A stretch of 60,784 nt of DNA, counting the filler, from Circinaria calcarea (Eukaryota): assembly GCA_051942165.1 (NCBI GenBank). It is 14 parts of 14 records of this genome, joined end to end, with 100 filler letters (N's around TTAATTAATTAA, not from the genome) between each part and the next. Parts side by side here need not be neighbours in the genome. Positions count along the whole stretch, not along the records: positions 39,237 to 43,474 come from JAVECS010002396.1; positions 43,575 to 47,811 come from JAVECS010002397.1; positions 47,912 to 52,137 come from JAVECS010002398.1; 11 more parts are not named here. One strand, written 5' to 3'. The notes under the pieces were generated by a model. It did no database searches and had not been told where the DNA came from. It saw only the letters and a list, made by a program, of their open reading frames with translations. Of the stretch, positions 39,237 to 49,674 are shown piece by piece (position 1 is the stretch's first letter; each line of letters opens with the position of its first letter). The translations under genes and the position numbers were made by a program.

Positions 39237-40124
39237 ACTCTCGGGATGATATTCTTCCAATGTTCTGTGGGAGGTCCAGAAGATTGCTTGCCCGATATCC
39301 CATGGCACCAGCACTTTCAAGCTGCCTCAAGCTTGGTCAGAAAACTCGAGTTGCCCCATGCGCTTGTTCATGGTAATTCGGCGCAGCTGCATCCTCCGTT
39401 CAACATGACTCTCGCCTCCTGGATTGACATTCTTGGCGCGACGATGCTAGGACGAGCTCCACAGTTTGCAGATACGTACCGGGACAAACATCTAAGCGCG
39501 TCCACCTCCGGTCTCTGTGAATTAATGGGCTGCGAAGATCGTATGATGTATCTCATCTCTGAGATTGCATGCTTGGAGGCATTGAAGATCGGCAATGTGC
39601 TGGACGACATACAACTCTGCGAACACATCAAAATACTCGGCCAGCAGATGGACCTTACAGAGCCTCCACCCGGTGCTGTCGCTTTGCCATATTCATCCAC
39701 TGGCGCAATACGACCAAAACAACTGTCAAGGAACATGACCGCCTTGTTTAGAGTCGCAGCGCGGATCTGGCTTTGTAGCTTAGTCCCAGGCTCTAGCAGA
39801 TACGATCAGTCCATGTTGGACTTGGTATCACGCCTTGCCGGTCTTCTGGACTTTATTCCTCCGGGGCCAGAAGGCTTTGACCGATCGTTGGTATGGCCTC
39901 TGTTAATCGGCGGCTCGCAGAGTACGCCATCATCTCCATTCCGACATGTGTTTGCGGATCGAATAGCCTATCTCGGAGATCAAGCGGAATTCGGAAGCTT
40001 TGGACGAATGAAGCGTTTGCTTCAAGAAGTGTGGATTCAATCAGACGCACAAGCAGGAGAAAGTCGGAACGTTCACTGGCGGGACGTGATGCGGCAGAAG
40101 GGCTGGGACTTTTTGCTCATATAA
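39237..40124 (+). CDS. pro1: Pro1/NosA/RosA-like C6 transcription factor, C-terminal Fungal_trans_2 domain
   Basis: [77 protein letters not shown]. The zinc cluster lies outside the contig. Confidence 0.8.
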   Translation, partial: TLGMIFFQCSVGGPEDCLPDIPWHQHFQAASSLVRKLELPHALVHGNSAQLHPPFNMTLASWIDILGATMLGRAPQFADTYRDKHLSASTSGLCELMGCEDRMMYLISEIACLEALKIGNVLDDIQLCEHIKILGQQMDLTEPPPGAVALPYSSTGAIRPKQLSRNMTALFRVAARIWLCSLVPGSSRYDQSMLDLVSRLAGLLDFIPPGPEGFDRSLVWPLLIGGSQSTPSSPFRHVFADRIAYLGDQAEFGSFGRMKRLLQEVWIQSDAQAGESRNVHWRDVMRQKGWDFLLI

Positions 40125-40893
40125 TCGGTCTTGACGACTGTATTTTGCCAGCAGAAAGTCGAATTCCCCAAGATATTCTGTGCATCCTGGTTTGGACTTC
40201 TTACGGATGTTTATTTTGCTGCCATTAGGATAATGATGGGAAAGCGACATATGGGAAGCATGAAAAGGGAGTTTTTGATGACATTTATGCGGCTTGCGGA
40301 TACCCCACTGTGTGTTTCAATTTGGGCTGTGACAGAAACAGTCATTACACTGGCAGCGCCTGGAGCGTTAGAGGGAGGAAAGTCCTCGCGGACTAAGATG
40401 GAGTTACAGCGTGAGCGGAGGATGTCACATTCCCTCCTGATTGCAATCAGTGCATACGACCAGTATTGCTCATTGGGAAACTACCTTTGGAACAGCCCTT
40501 GTTGGCTAGATACTTGTATATAGTCCGCCCTTCGCCTTGGCGACAGTGGCTTGATGGATATGTAATACTATTTATTACCCTCACATTCGAGAAGCCTTTT
40601 CCAATTGATATCTGCGATTTCTCGGTGACCGTCTGTTTCTAATGTTAACCGGTAGCATTGAGATTCCTACCGTAGTCGTAAGTCTGCTCCTCTCCCACAC
40701 TACGGAGTATCGCTGCATGTTCGAAGAATTGTGCGAGAAGTAAGTTTTGTCCTATCGGTCGTATCGGCTACCTCCGCTTTCCTCTTCGCAACAAGAATAC
40801 TATTCTAGTAGGTTCGGTCCAAAGATACATCTCAATGTCTGCTCACTCATCGATTGACTGTGTTCCTGTCAACTTCTGGCTTTGGGTACCGCC

Positions 40894-43474
40894 ATGATTT
40901 GTGGCGTTGATACTGCGGACATGGGCAAATCGAAGAACCCGCAGCTGGAACCTCTGTCTAGCCATGCATATAATGAAAAAGTCAATGAGCTCAGGAAAGA
41001 AGAATATCCCATGCTCAGCGGTATGAAGAGTCTCTATTGGAATCAATGTTATGTTGCTGATTTTGACGAGTATCCAGGGACAGTCTATCTTGATCATGCT
41101 GGCGCGACCCTCTATGCGAGGTCTCTCATCGAGAAATTTTCCAAGGATATGATGTCTAACCTGATGGGTAATCCTCATTCGGCATCTTCTTCATCCCAGC
41201 TCTCTAGTCGACTGATCGAGAATGTCCGGATTCGAGTCCTTGAGCTTTTCAATGCCGACCCGGCTCATTTTGACGTAGTCTTTGTGGCAAATGCAACGGC
41301 TGGGATTAAGCTGGTAATGGAGTCGTTTAGAGAGATCCCGAACGGTTTTTGGTACGGCTACCACGAGGATGCGCATACCAGCCTTGTCGGCGTTCGCGAG
41401 GCTGCCATGGCCGGACATAGATGCTTCCAGTCTACAGAAGTCGAGAGATGGCTAGATGGGCAAGACGCTCACAATGTCGGATTAAACGAATCGACACTGG
41501 GTCTCTTTGCATACCCTGCTCAATCCAACATGAATGGAAGCCGCTTACCACTTGAATGGCCGGGTCGGCTCCGGAAGTCGGGCGTGGAGTCACATCGTCG
41601 TGTTTACAGCCTTCTTGACGCTGCTGCACTAGTTTCCACATGTCCACTCGATCTCAGCAATGTCTCCCAGGCCCCGGATTTTACTGTGCTGAGTGTAAAC
41701 AAAATCTTTGGCTTCCCTGACTTGGGTACTCTGATTGCCCGGAAAGAGTCCAGTCACATTCTCGGAAAACGCAGATACTTTGGCGGTGGAACCGTGGAGA
41801 TGGTGACTTGTAGAGAAGAACAATGGCATGTCAGGAAAGAGGACAGTCTACATGAGCAGTTGGAAGATGGGACTCTTCCTGTTCATAGCATTCTCGCACT
41901 GGATAGTGCTATTGATGTACATCGCCATCTCTTTGGGACTCTCGCACAGATCTCCTCGCATACCTCATCTCTTGCAAAGCAGCTCTATGACGGTCTCACG
42001 TCGTTACGCCACGGCAATGGAGGTGCTCTTTGTACAATATATCAGAACGCCGGAGCCTCCTTTGACGACAGCCGATCTCAAGGTCCGGTCGTTGCATTTA
42101 ATCTCCGGAACAGCCAAGGTATGTGGGCGAACAATTCCGAGGTCGAGAAGCTTGCAGCAGTTAAGAACATCCATTTTCGAAGCGGTGGTTTGTGCAATCC
42201 GGGGGGGATCGCGTCCGCGTTGGGTTTAAGTCCTTGGGAAATGAAACGGAATTTCTCAGCAGGACAGAGGTGTGGGAACGAACGTGATGTTATGAATGGA
42301 AAACCAACAGGCATGATTAGAGTCAGCTTGGGAGCAATGAGCACAATGCAGGACGTTACAGCTTTCTTGGACTTTCTGAGGGAATTCTTTGTTGATAAAG
42401 CAACTTCGGGTCAAGAAGCAGTACCTGATGTACTGCCGCTTCCCGGATTATGTATCGAATCATTAATGGTATTCCCGATCAAGAGCTGTGCTGGTTGGAG
42501 TGTTCCACACGACATGGTCTGGGATATCAAACCTGAAGGTCTGGCTTGGGATAGGGAATGGTGCCTCGTCCACCAAGGTAGTCGAGCCGCTCTAAGCCAG
42601 AAACGTTACCCTAAGATGGCTCTGCTGAAGCCGAGCCTCGACTTTGATAAGGGCGTCTTGCGTGTACGGTATCACGACACTGTCTTCCCATCTACCCCTT
42701 CCGAAATCACCGTTCCCCTGTCCTCGAACCCAACCCACTTCCATAGTTTCACCGACTCGAGCAAACACCCGACCTCGCGGGTGTGTGGCGACACCGTCAG
42801 CGCCCAAACGTATGCGTCACCCACCATCACCACCTTTTTCACGGATATCCTCGGCGTACCGTGCTACCTCGCCCGGTTCCCTCCCTCGGGCTCCGCACCC
42901 TCAACCCGACACGCCAAAGCCCAGCTCCAGAAACATCAACCGTCTCCACGGTCCCAAACCATGCCCGGCTCGTTTCCCCAACCCCCCGCACCGCTTCGCC
43001 ACCCAATCCTCCTCGCCAACGAGTCCCCCATCCTCGCCATCTCCCGCTCCAGCCTCAACCGCCTAAACGAACAGATCAAATCCCAATCCCCCTCCGGCAA
43101 AGCCACCTCGGCCGACGTCTTCCGCGCCAACATCATCATCGCCCACGATCCCTCGTCGCCCCCCGGGATCGAACAGCCTTACGTCGAAGACTCGTGGCGG
43201 TACGTGACCACGCAGAGCCGGGATCCCGCCAGGGAAGACGGAGGAGAATCACCACGCGGGGCGGGGACCGTGCTGGAAGTGCTCGGCGCTTGCCGGAGGT
43301 GCCAGATGGTGTGTGTGGACCAGCAGACGGGCGAGAGGAACGAAGAGCCGTTTGTGACGCTGGCGAAGACGAGAAGGGTGGACGGGCAGGTGGTTTTTGG
43401 GGTGCACATGGGGTTGAAGGGTGGGAGTGGGAGTGGGAAAGTCAAGGTCGGGGATCGGGTTTTGGGGTTTAGGG
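40894..43474 (+). CDS. hxB: Molybdenum cofactor sulfurase, 3' end just truncated
   Basis: Aminotransferase class V domain (VYLDHAGATLY, HTSLVGVRE, LLDAAA, NKIFGFPDLG, RSGGLCNPGG) plus MOSC_N (FPIKSC, WDREWCLV) and MOSC (FRANII, CRRCQMVCVDQ). In-frame 57-nt intron at 41021-41077. Start codon could be 40894 or 40921. Confidence 0.95.
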
Positions 43475-43621
43475 NNNNNNNNNNNNNNNNNNNNNNNNNN
43501 NNNNNNNNNNNNNNNNNNTTAATTAATTAANNNNNNNNNNNNNNNNNNNNNNNNNNNNNNNNNNNNNNNNNNNNATATACTATCAATTACGCGTACAACT
43601 GATTCTGTCTCCCTACCTTCA

Positions 43622-45064
43622 ATGTCGGTCTCAACTCCGGTTTATCCACCTGGGGGAGACCAGAATCGAGCCTCATCAGTAATTGCGGTTTACTGGATAG
43701 AGCTTACATTGGCCCTGTTCTTTATGGTCTCAAGATTAACAGTAAGAAAGCTCACGAGAATTATTGGGTTTGATGATATCCTTATGCTTTTGGCAGTGGT
43801 GAGCTACTTTTATGGTAATATATATTATAGTTGCAAAGTTTACTAACGTGCTTTGAAAGATCCTATTTGCCATCGGAACAGGAGTTATAACTAAAATGGT
43901 ATTGCTTGGTGGAGCTCGTCATCAAGTTTATCTGGACCCGACCCAGATCTCTATTATTGCAAAGTATTTCTCGATCTCCACACCGTTTGTTATTATGGCG
44001 GTGGCATTTGGGAAATTCTCAGTCGCTATTCTTATCCTTCGAATAAACGGTCCCACCAGTCTTTGGCGGAAGTGGTTTCTCTGCCTGGCTATAATCTTGC
44101 TTTTTTTATTAAATGTCTTAAACAGCATCTTAGTTCTCGTACAATGCAATCCGCCACGAGCTCTGTGGGAGTCAGTCCCCGGATCTAGGTGTTGGAATCG
44201 ATCAGTCGCGGTCAATTTCTCTATTATTACTTCTTGTGAGATTTCCCTATGATGCTTTAAGAATTCAAGAAGCCCGAGTTAATTACTCCACAGCCTATAA
44301 TGCTTTCCTAGATTTCTCTCTAGCCCTTCTTCCGGCTATGATCTTCCGGCAGCTTCAAATAAGCATGCGGCAGAAAGTCGGTTTGTCTATTCTATTAGGC
44401 TTGGGTATACTGTTTGTTTCCCCATAATCTTCCACGAAGACTGCAGATGCTGACAGGCAACAGGGCAGGCATCGCGGCATCTCTCAAGACGGCACAGCTA
44501 TCTAGACCAGCAGTAGATGTCACATGTAAGTCGAGCATTATTGGAGTGAAAGTACCTATGATACGGATGGCTAACGATACTTCACGTAGGGGGATCTTAT
44601 AGCTTGCTCCTTTGGATTTCGTAAGCCAACCTCACCCCGCTACCGAGTTTCCATTTCTTGATCCTGCCGCATCCCACCCAGCTTCCTCATCTCCCAATAT
44701 AAGCCTCATCCGCAGACTGAATCTCTAGTACCCATATCTACGTCGTACTAACATACCACTCAGAACCGAACTAACTCTCATCATTATTTGCGGCTCCATA
44801 CCCACCCTCAAGCCTTTGTACGACCTAGCTGCAAAAGGAAAGCCCCTAACCAGGAACCAATCGACGCAACAAGCAAGTCGTATCCTTCCCGCACGTAGCA
44901 ACAACAAGTTCCAGCATATATCTGCAACTGCGAGTAACAGCTCAGCAAAGGTCACGTTGCGAGAAGCACATGCATTGGATGTTGAGTACGGCTTCGATGT
45001 GGATGTGCAACGGGGCCGGCCTGCGGAAAGGGGTGGCCATGGGGGTAACAACGATTCAGTATAG
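43622..45064 (+). CDS. Pth11-like (fungal rhodopsin-domain) integral membrane protein
   Basis: Seven-TM pattern with GFDDILM, KFSVAILILRI, QCNPPRALW, DFSLALLP, TELTLIIICGSIPTLKP. Five GT-AG introns restore the frame. Confidence 0.85.
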
Positions 45065-45352
45065 GAAGGTTAGAGTTGGTAACTTGGCTTCAGTGCTTAA
45101 ATTGAGGAAATAATTAGTTCAAAGCTTAGCCTATATATCGTAACCAATATAACAACCAGTGCATAAAGATGTTAACCAGTTGTTTTTATATTCTATGACA
45201 TAGGAATTCGGAACAGTAACTGGCGTTGTGGAATCAGTGCACATGGAGGAACTTAAGAAATGCAGGTAAGCGTTGGGGGAAACCTGAGTCTATACGAATC
45301 CTCGTATACGTCTGCTTAATTAGGTAAAGGCTACTGCGCGTATCCAAGATGT

Positions 45353-46771
45353 TTACTTTACCACGGCCACGATAACACTATCACGCAGGTCCTGTGTGTA
45401 CGTATAGACCGCCTGCAGCTTCAACCCTGCTTCATCCAACAGAGCGCGCCATTGTTTCTCCGATCTCTCTATGGACGCCAGACTTGCCATCATAGCGATA
45501 TCCAGCTGTGCGGCGTGCCAGTGGGTATTGGTTTCCGGAAGGATCTTCTCGTCTATCAGGATCGCGGAGTCTGCGGACATGGCTGCCATTGTGTTTTGCA
45601 GAAGACCGACGCACTTCTCGTCAGGGAAGTCGTGGAGAACATTACGCATATAATAATACGAAGCCCCTTTTTCCAGGTCAGCTGGATTACTTGTGGCTAT
45701 GGTACATCACGTACGCACCTTTGACCGGCTGTGGGTTCCAGAAGTCATGTTCCATATGTTCGACGCCCTCCACGGTCACGGCGTGTGCAATTGTTGCGGG
45801 AAGATCTTGCAAGACTATTCGCCTGGTGATAGTTGGAATCTTCCTTTTGAGGGCAGCACATTGTTGGCCCAACCCGCCGCCGATATCGACAAAGAGCGGG
45901 GCTTCTAATTGAGGATCCCGGGACAGCTCTTCAAGTGGAAAGACATCTAGCCAAGTTTTCTGGTTTTCTCGCTGCACCGTCATCCAAAGGTTGAAGTCTT
46001 GCATCAAGCGAGGCTGACTGATAGCCCATGCGAATGCCGATAGATCGGTATTGTGAGCGGCCTGAAACGGCGTATGGAGAACGTCAGACGGGTTCCTGTA
46101 GTTGGTCTGGACCAAGAATTCGGGCAGAGCTACCCAGCAGGGTAATTGAGCATCAAAGCTGAGAAACGCAAGCAAGTCAGCTTAGTCTCGATCATTTGGA
46201 AGGACAGACATACTGGTGTTCAACGCCCGCTCTGAAACCCGGGATGCTCAGGCTTCTGGTAATGTGCGTGGCCGCATATCTGTCTTCCTTTTGCTCTTCG
46301 AGCATCCTGAAAGAAGCCAGATACCGAAGGATGCGCTCTAGCAGAACTCGTGAGTCGCAAAGGCCGTGAAGGAACTGTAATATAAATGCATATGTGGAGA
46401 AAACCTCACTTAGTAAAGTATAGTCTGTATCAGTTGCCATTGCGAGCTCTGTGGTGCTCATGGAGGGCGTGCCATTGGCCAAAAGCTCAAATAACCTCAA
46501 GTCGATGGCAATTTTGCACATGGATAGTTGTAGAGGCTATTGCGGTTTAAGATGTAGTCAGCAAGACGTTGAAACCAGTTGAAAACCTTTTGAACTAATT
46601 TACAGCGAAGGAAATGCGATTAACTGTCTCAACGGGAGCTTCCACAGCGGATGAGAGTTCTCGAACCGCATCGTACAACTCTCTGCGCAAAGACTCGTCC
46701 TGCGGCACTTGGTGCTTGAGAGCTCTAAGCTGAGAAATGAGACCCCGAAGGTCCTGAGTGGACGATGCCAT
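45353..46771 (-). CDS. SAM-dependent O-methyltransferase (Methyltransf_2, secondary-metabolism type)
   Basis: N-terminal winged-helix dimerisation region (LFELL, RILRYLAS), FVDIGGGLG, LQDLP, HDFWNPQPVKGA, MRNVLHDFPDEKC, ERSEKQW. Multi-exon. Confidence 0.92.
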
Positions 46772-47119
46772 TCTTACTCTTGGCTGCCAAAAATCTAAAC
46801 CTCCCGAGGCCCAATGCCTCAAGTGTGGGCAAGATAGATGATGCCCTGGTGCCCTGAAACGAAGTGGAAGGGTTTAACTTCGGCGCAAGATTTTCCGAAC
46901 CGAACCAAAATATTACGGTATTCTCACTCTGGCCGCAAAAATTGCCTTATTAGGTTTAACTTATCACTCGATCAGGCCTAATTTTTCACTCAATGAGCCT
47001 AGTCTTTCGCTCAAACGGGCCTAGTTTTTCGCTCGAATAGGAAAAAATCTACTATATTCAGCGTAGCGTACTAGCTTTTATGCTGAGCTTATGCTATTTT
47101 ATGCTTCTTGTTATACTAT

Positions 47120-47363
47120 CCCTTAAACCGTCCTTCAGGCATACACATCACGTGCACGGTACAGGGAGTTTCGGGCACTAATAAAACCTTAATTCTAGCC
47201 AATCGGAGGAGTTATAAAGTAAAAAATAAATGTATGTTCAACGCAGCAAGTAGGCAATAAGCAGCATACATTTTGCGGTGTATTGCTCGCTAAGTCCCCC
47301 CAGACCCCCCCCCTACTAGTATAGCGTGCACGTGACGTGTATACCTGAAGGACGGTTTAAGGG
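47120..47363. mobile_element. 244-bp MITE with 39-bp TIRs and an apparent 7-bp target-site duplication (ATACTAT)
   Basis: CCCTTAAACCGTCCTTCAGGCATACACATCACGTGCACG versus the reverse complement of 47325-47363: two transition mismatches. ATACTAT at 47113-47119 and 47364-47370. Confidence 0.78.
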
Positions 47364-47811
47364 ATACTATGCTGCGTGCTATGCCATACTACGTGCTCTT
47401 TCCATGCTATACTGCGAGCTATGCTATACTGCGAGTTATGCTATATTACGTGCTCTTTCCATACTCTATGCTATGCTGCGTGCTATGCTATGCTGCGTGC
47501 TATGCTACGTGCCATTTCCATGCTATGCCGCCAGCTATGCTATGCTGCGTGCTATACTCTATGCTATGCTGTGTGCTATGCTTTATGCTATGCTGCGTGC
47601 TTTCGTTATGCTATGCCGCGTGTTTTCGCTATGCTATGCTCCATGCTTTTTCCATGCTATACTGCATGCTCTTTCCATGCTATACTGCATGCTTATTCCA
47701 TGCTATGCTGCATGCTCTTTCCGTGCTATACTATATACTCTTTCTATGTTATATTATATAATCTTTCTATACTATGCTGCATGCTCTTTCTATGCTATGC
47801 TACGTGCTTTC
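47364..47811. repeat. (ATGCT)n-derived degenerate satellite running into the contig end
   Basis: 5-bp ATGCT/ATACT period with a recurring higher-order unit resembling GCTCTTTCCATGCTATACTGC. Confidence 0.9.
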
Positions 47812-47911
47812 NNNNNNNNNNNNNNNNNNNNNNNNNNNNNNNNNNNNNNNNNNNNTTAATTAATTAANNNNNNNNNNNNNNNNNNNNNNNNNNNNNNNNN
47901 NNNNNNNNNNN

Positions 47912-48522
47912 TCCCGAGACCTGAGATAGCAATAAAGCTACTATTGTCAGCGAAGGAATGCCCGAGTATAAAATGACATAGCTTACTCGATCTTGTGTTC
48001 CTCGCTGGTCTTAAACGAGTTCATGGGCGTGAAGCCCTCGAAGTGATCATCAATCGAGACAAGCGGTGATTGGGTATTCTTGCTGGGACATTCCTCTTTA
48101 GGGATTGGAAAAGTCCATCTTCTTCCCCTACCAGAAAGATGCTTTGAACTTCCTATGAGTGTGAAGGCTGCCACTTTGGTTGGTTTACCTCGAGGATCGT
48201 CCGCAAGTGAATGAATAACCAAGGAATCTTCTTCGCACGCCAAGATCAAATGGAGCAGCCATTTGACAGAACCTTTACTATACTCCAGAGGAATGCCTTG
48301 AGCTCGATACAAGCCCGGATATTTTGGTGGAGATGGCTCCTTAGCCGAGGTTGATTCTTTAGTTAGGGTTGGTTCCTCTGTCGGGTCGAGTTTTTCGGTG
48401 GGAGTTATTTTTTTGCCCGAGGAAGTTATTACAATGGTACGAACAAGGGAGAAGGTTAAGAGGAAAGTTAAGACAGACGTGACCAAGGCGGTCGTCAGGA
48501 TGAGTGACGTGCTATCCCACAT
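47912..48522 (-). CDS. N-terminus of a SesB/SERAC1-like alpha/beta-hydrolase-domain protein, 3'-truncated
   Basis: N-terminal hydrophobic segment, YRAQGIP, SLADDP, IDDHFEGFTPM, then an intron starting GTAAGC and DFIAISGLG, the start of this hydrolase domain. Confidence 0.7.
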
Positions 48523-49674
48523 ATTACAACCTTTTTGATAACATAATCTCTAGAGGGAAAGAGCTGCGCAATAAGCCTGTAGTTGTTCTTTTAAGCTTGC
48601 GTCAGCTTTGCTGCCTATTTTGGCGCTAGGCTATACGGACCCTTGTATATGCAGGACAAACTTAAGATAGCGGATTCGGCAAAAGAAGGGGGGAGTAGAA
48701 AAGATAGGTTTTGGTAAGCACCTGGTCAACCGCACTGGAAAGGGGGCTTCTTGGAATAATGAATGAACACGATGACAAAATAGGCCTTGGTCTTGGAAAA
48801 TAATACAGCTTATGGATTCCTCGCGTATTCCGGGATCGTGAAAACCGGCTTCGCCAGAAATAGACGAATGTTATAATCACGCCTGTCACTCCATATTTCA
48901 GCGGTTTCCAGATCTTGATTCCGCACGGATTACACATATCTCACACAGATTTACAGCAGTCCCACAGTATTTTAGCGGTATTCCATAGTAATTATACGTA
49001 CACATTTCACGGCTATATCGTGCATGGCTTTGGAAGACGTAGTGCCTTCTCGGTAATGCTCCTGCTTTTCTCTAGCTGTACTATACTGTACTGCTAGTGC
49101 GTACTGAGAACTCGTCTTCTAAGGCCGTAGTTAGTTTACCTTACGCGCACCGCCCCTTTAATCTCCCAGAATCTTCATACCCAAGGTACTGAGGCTACTA
49201 CCCCTGCTTAACGAGATTAGTTGTACTGTCGGTACCGGCTGTACTATTGGAGGCCCTGTTTGCGAGTGAAATTTGTTAGAGAGCGTAGTGGAAAAGGAGA
49301 TGGGAGCGGGAGGGGAGAGACGAAGGGAGAGCAGAAGCACTTGGCTGGGCCGAGTTATATCCCACAAACGGGGTAGGGACGTTGTATATAGAAAATCGAA
49401 GGCAATATGGCACGAGCCGAATGTTGGAACGTGGTGCACAGACGCATGATGATAAGCTACTTGTTTTAGGCTGAAATTCAGCTGCTAGGCTATTTGTTCT
49501 GTGTTGCTATTATAACTGTGTATGTGTTCTACGTCCCTTCTTGCAACCCTTGAGATTTAACCTAAAGCCATACATGAGCTAACCATCCCTTCCTGACTCC
49601 ATCATAGTGGCCTTGATTTCAAACCCCCTTCTTACTCGTTCTTCGTTTCAAGGCATTATCTTTCCAGAATGCCA

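Noticed and set aside
41021..41077. Apparent 19-aa insertion in hxB
   Set aside because: It is a stop-free in-frame GT-AG intron with a branch site, read through by the ORF track.
47326..47867. Cys/Tyr/Met-rich ORFs in three frames
   Set aside because: Translations of the (ATGCT)n satellite.
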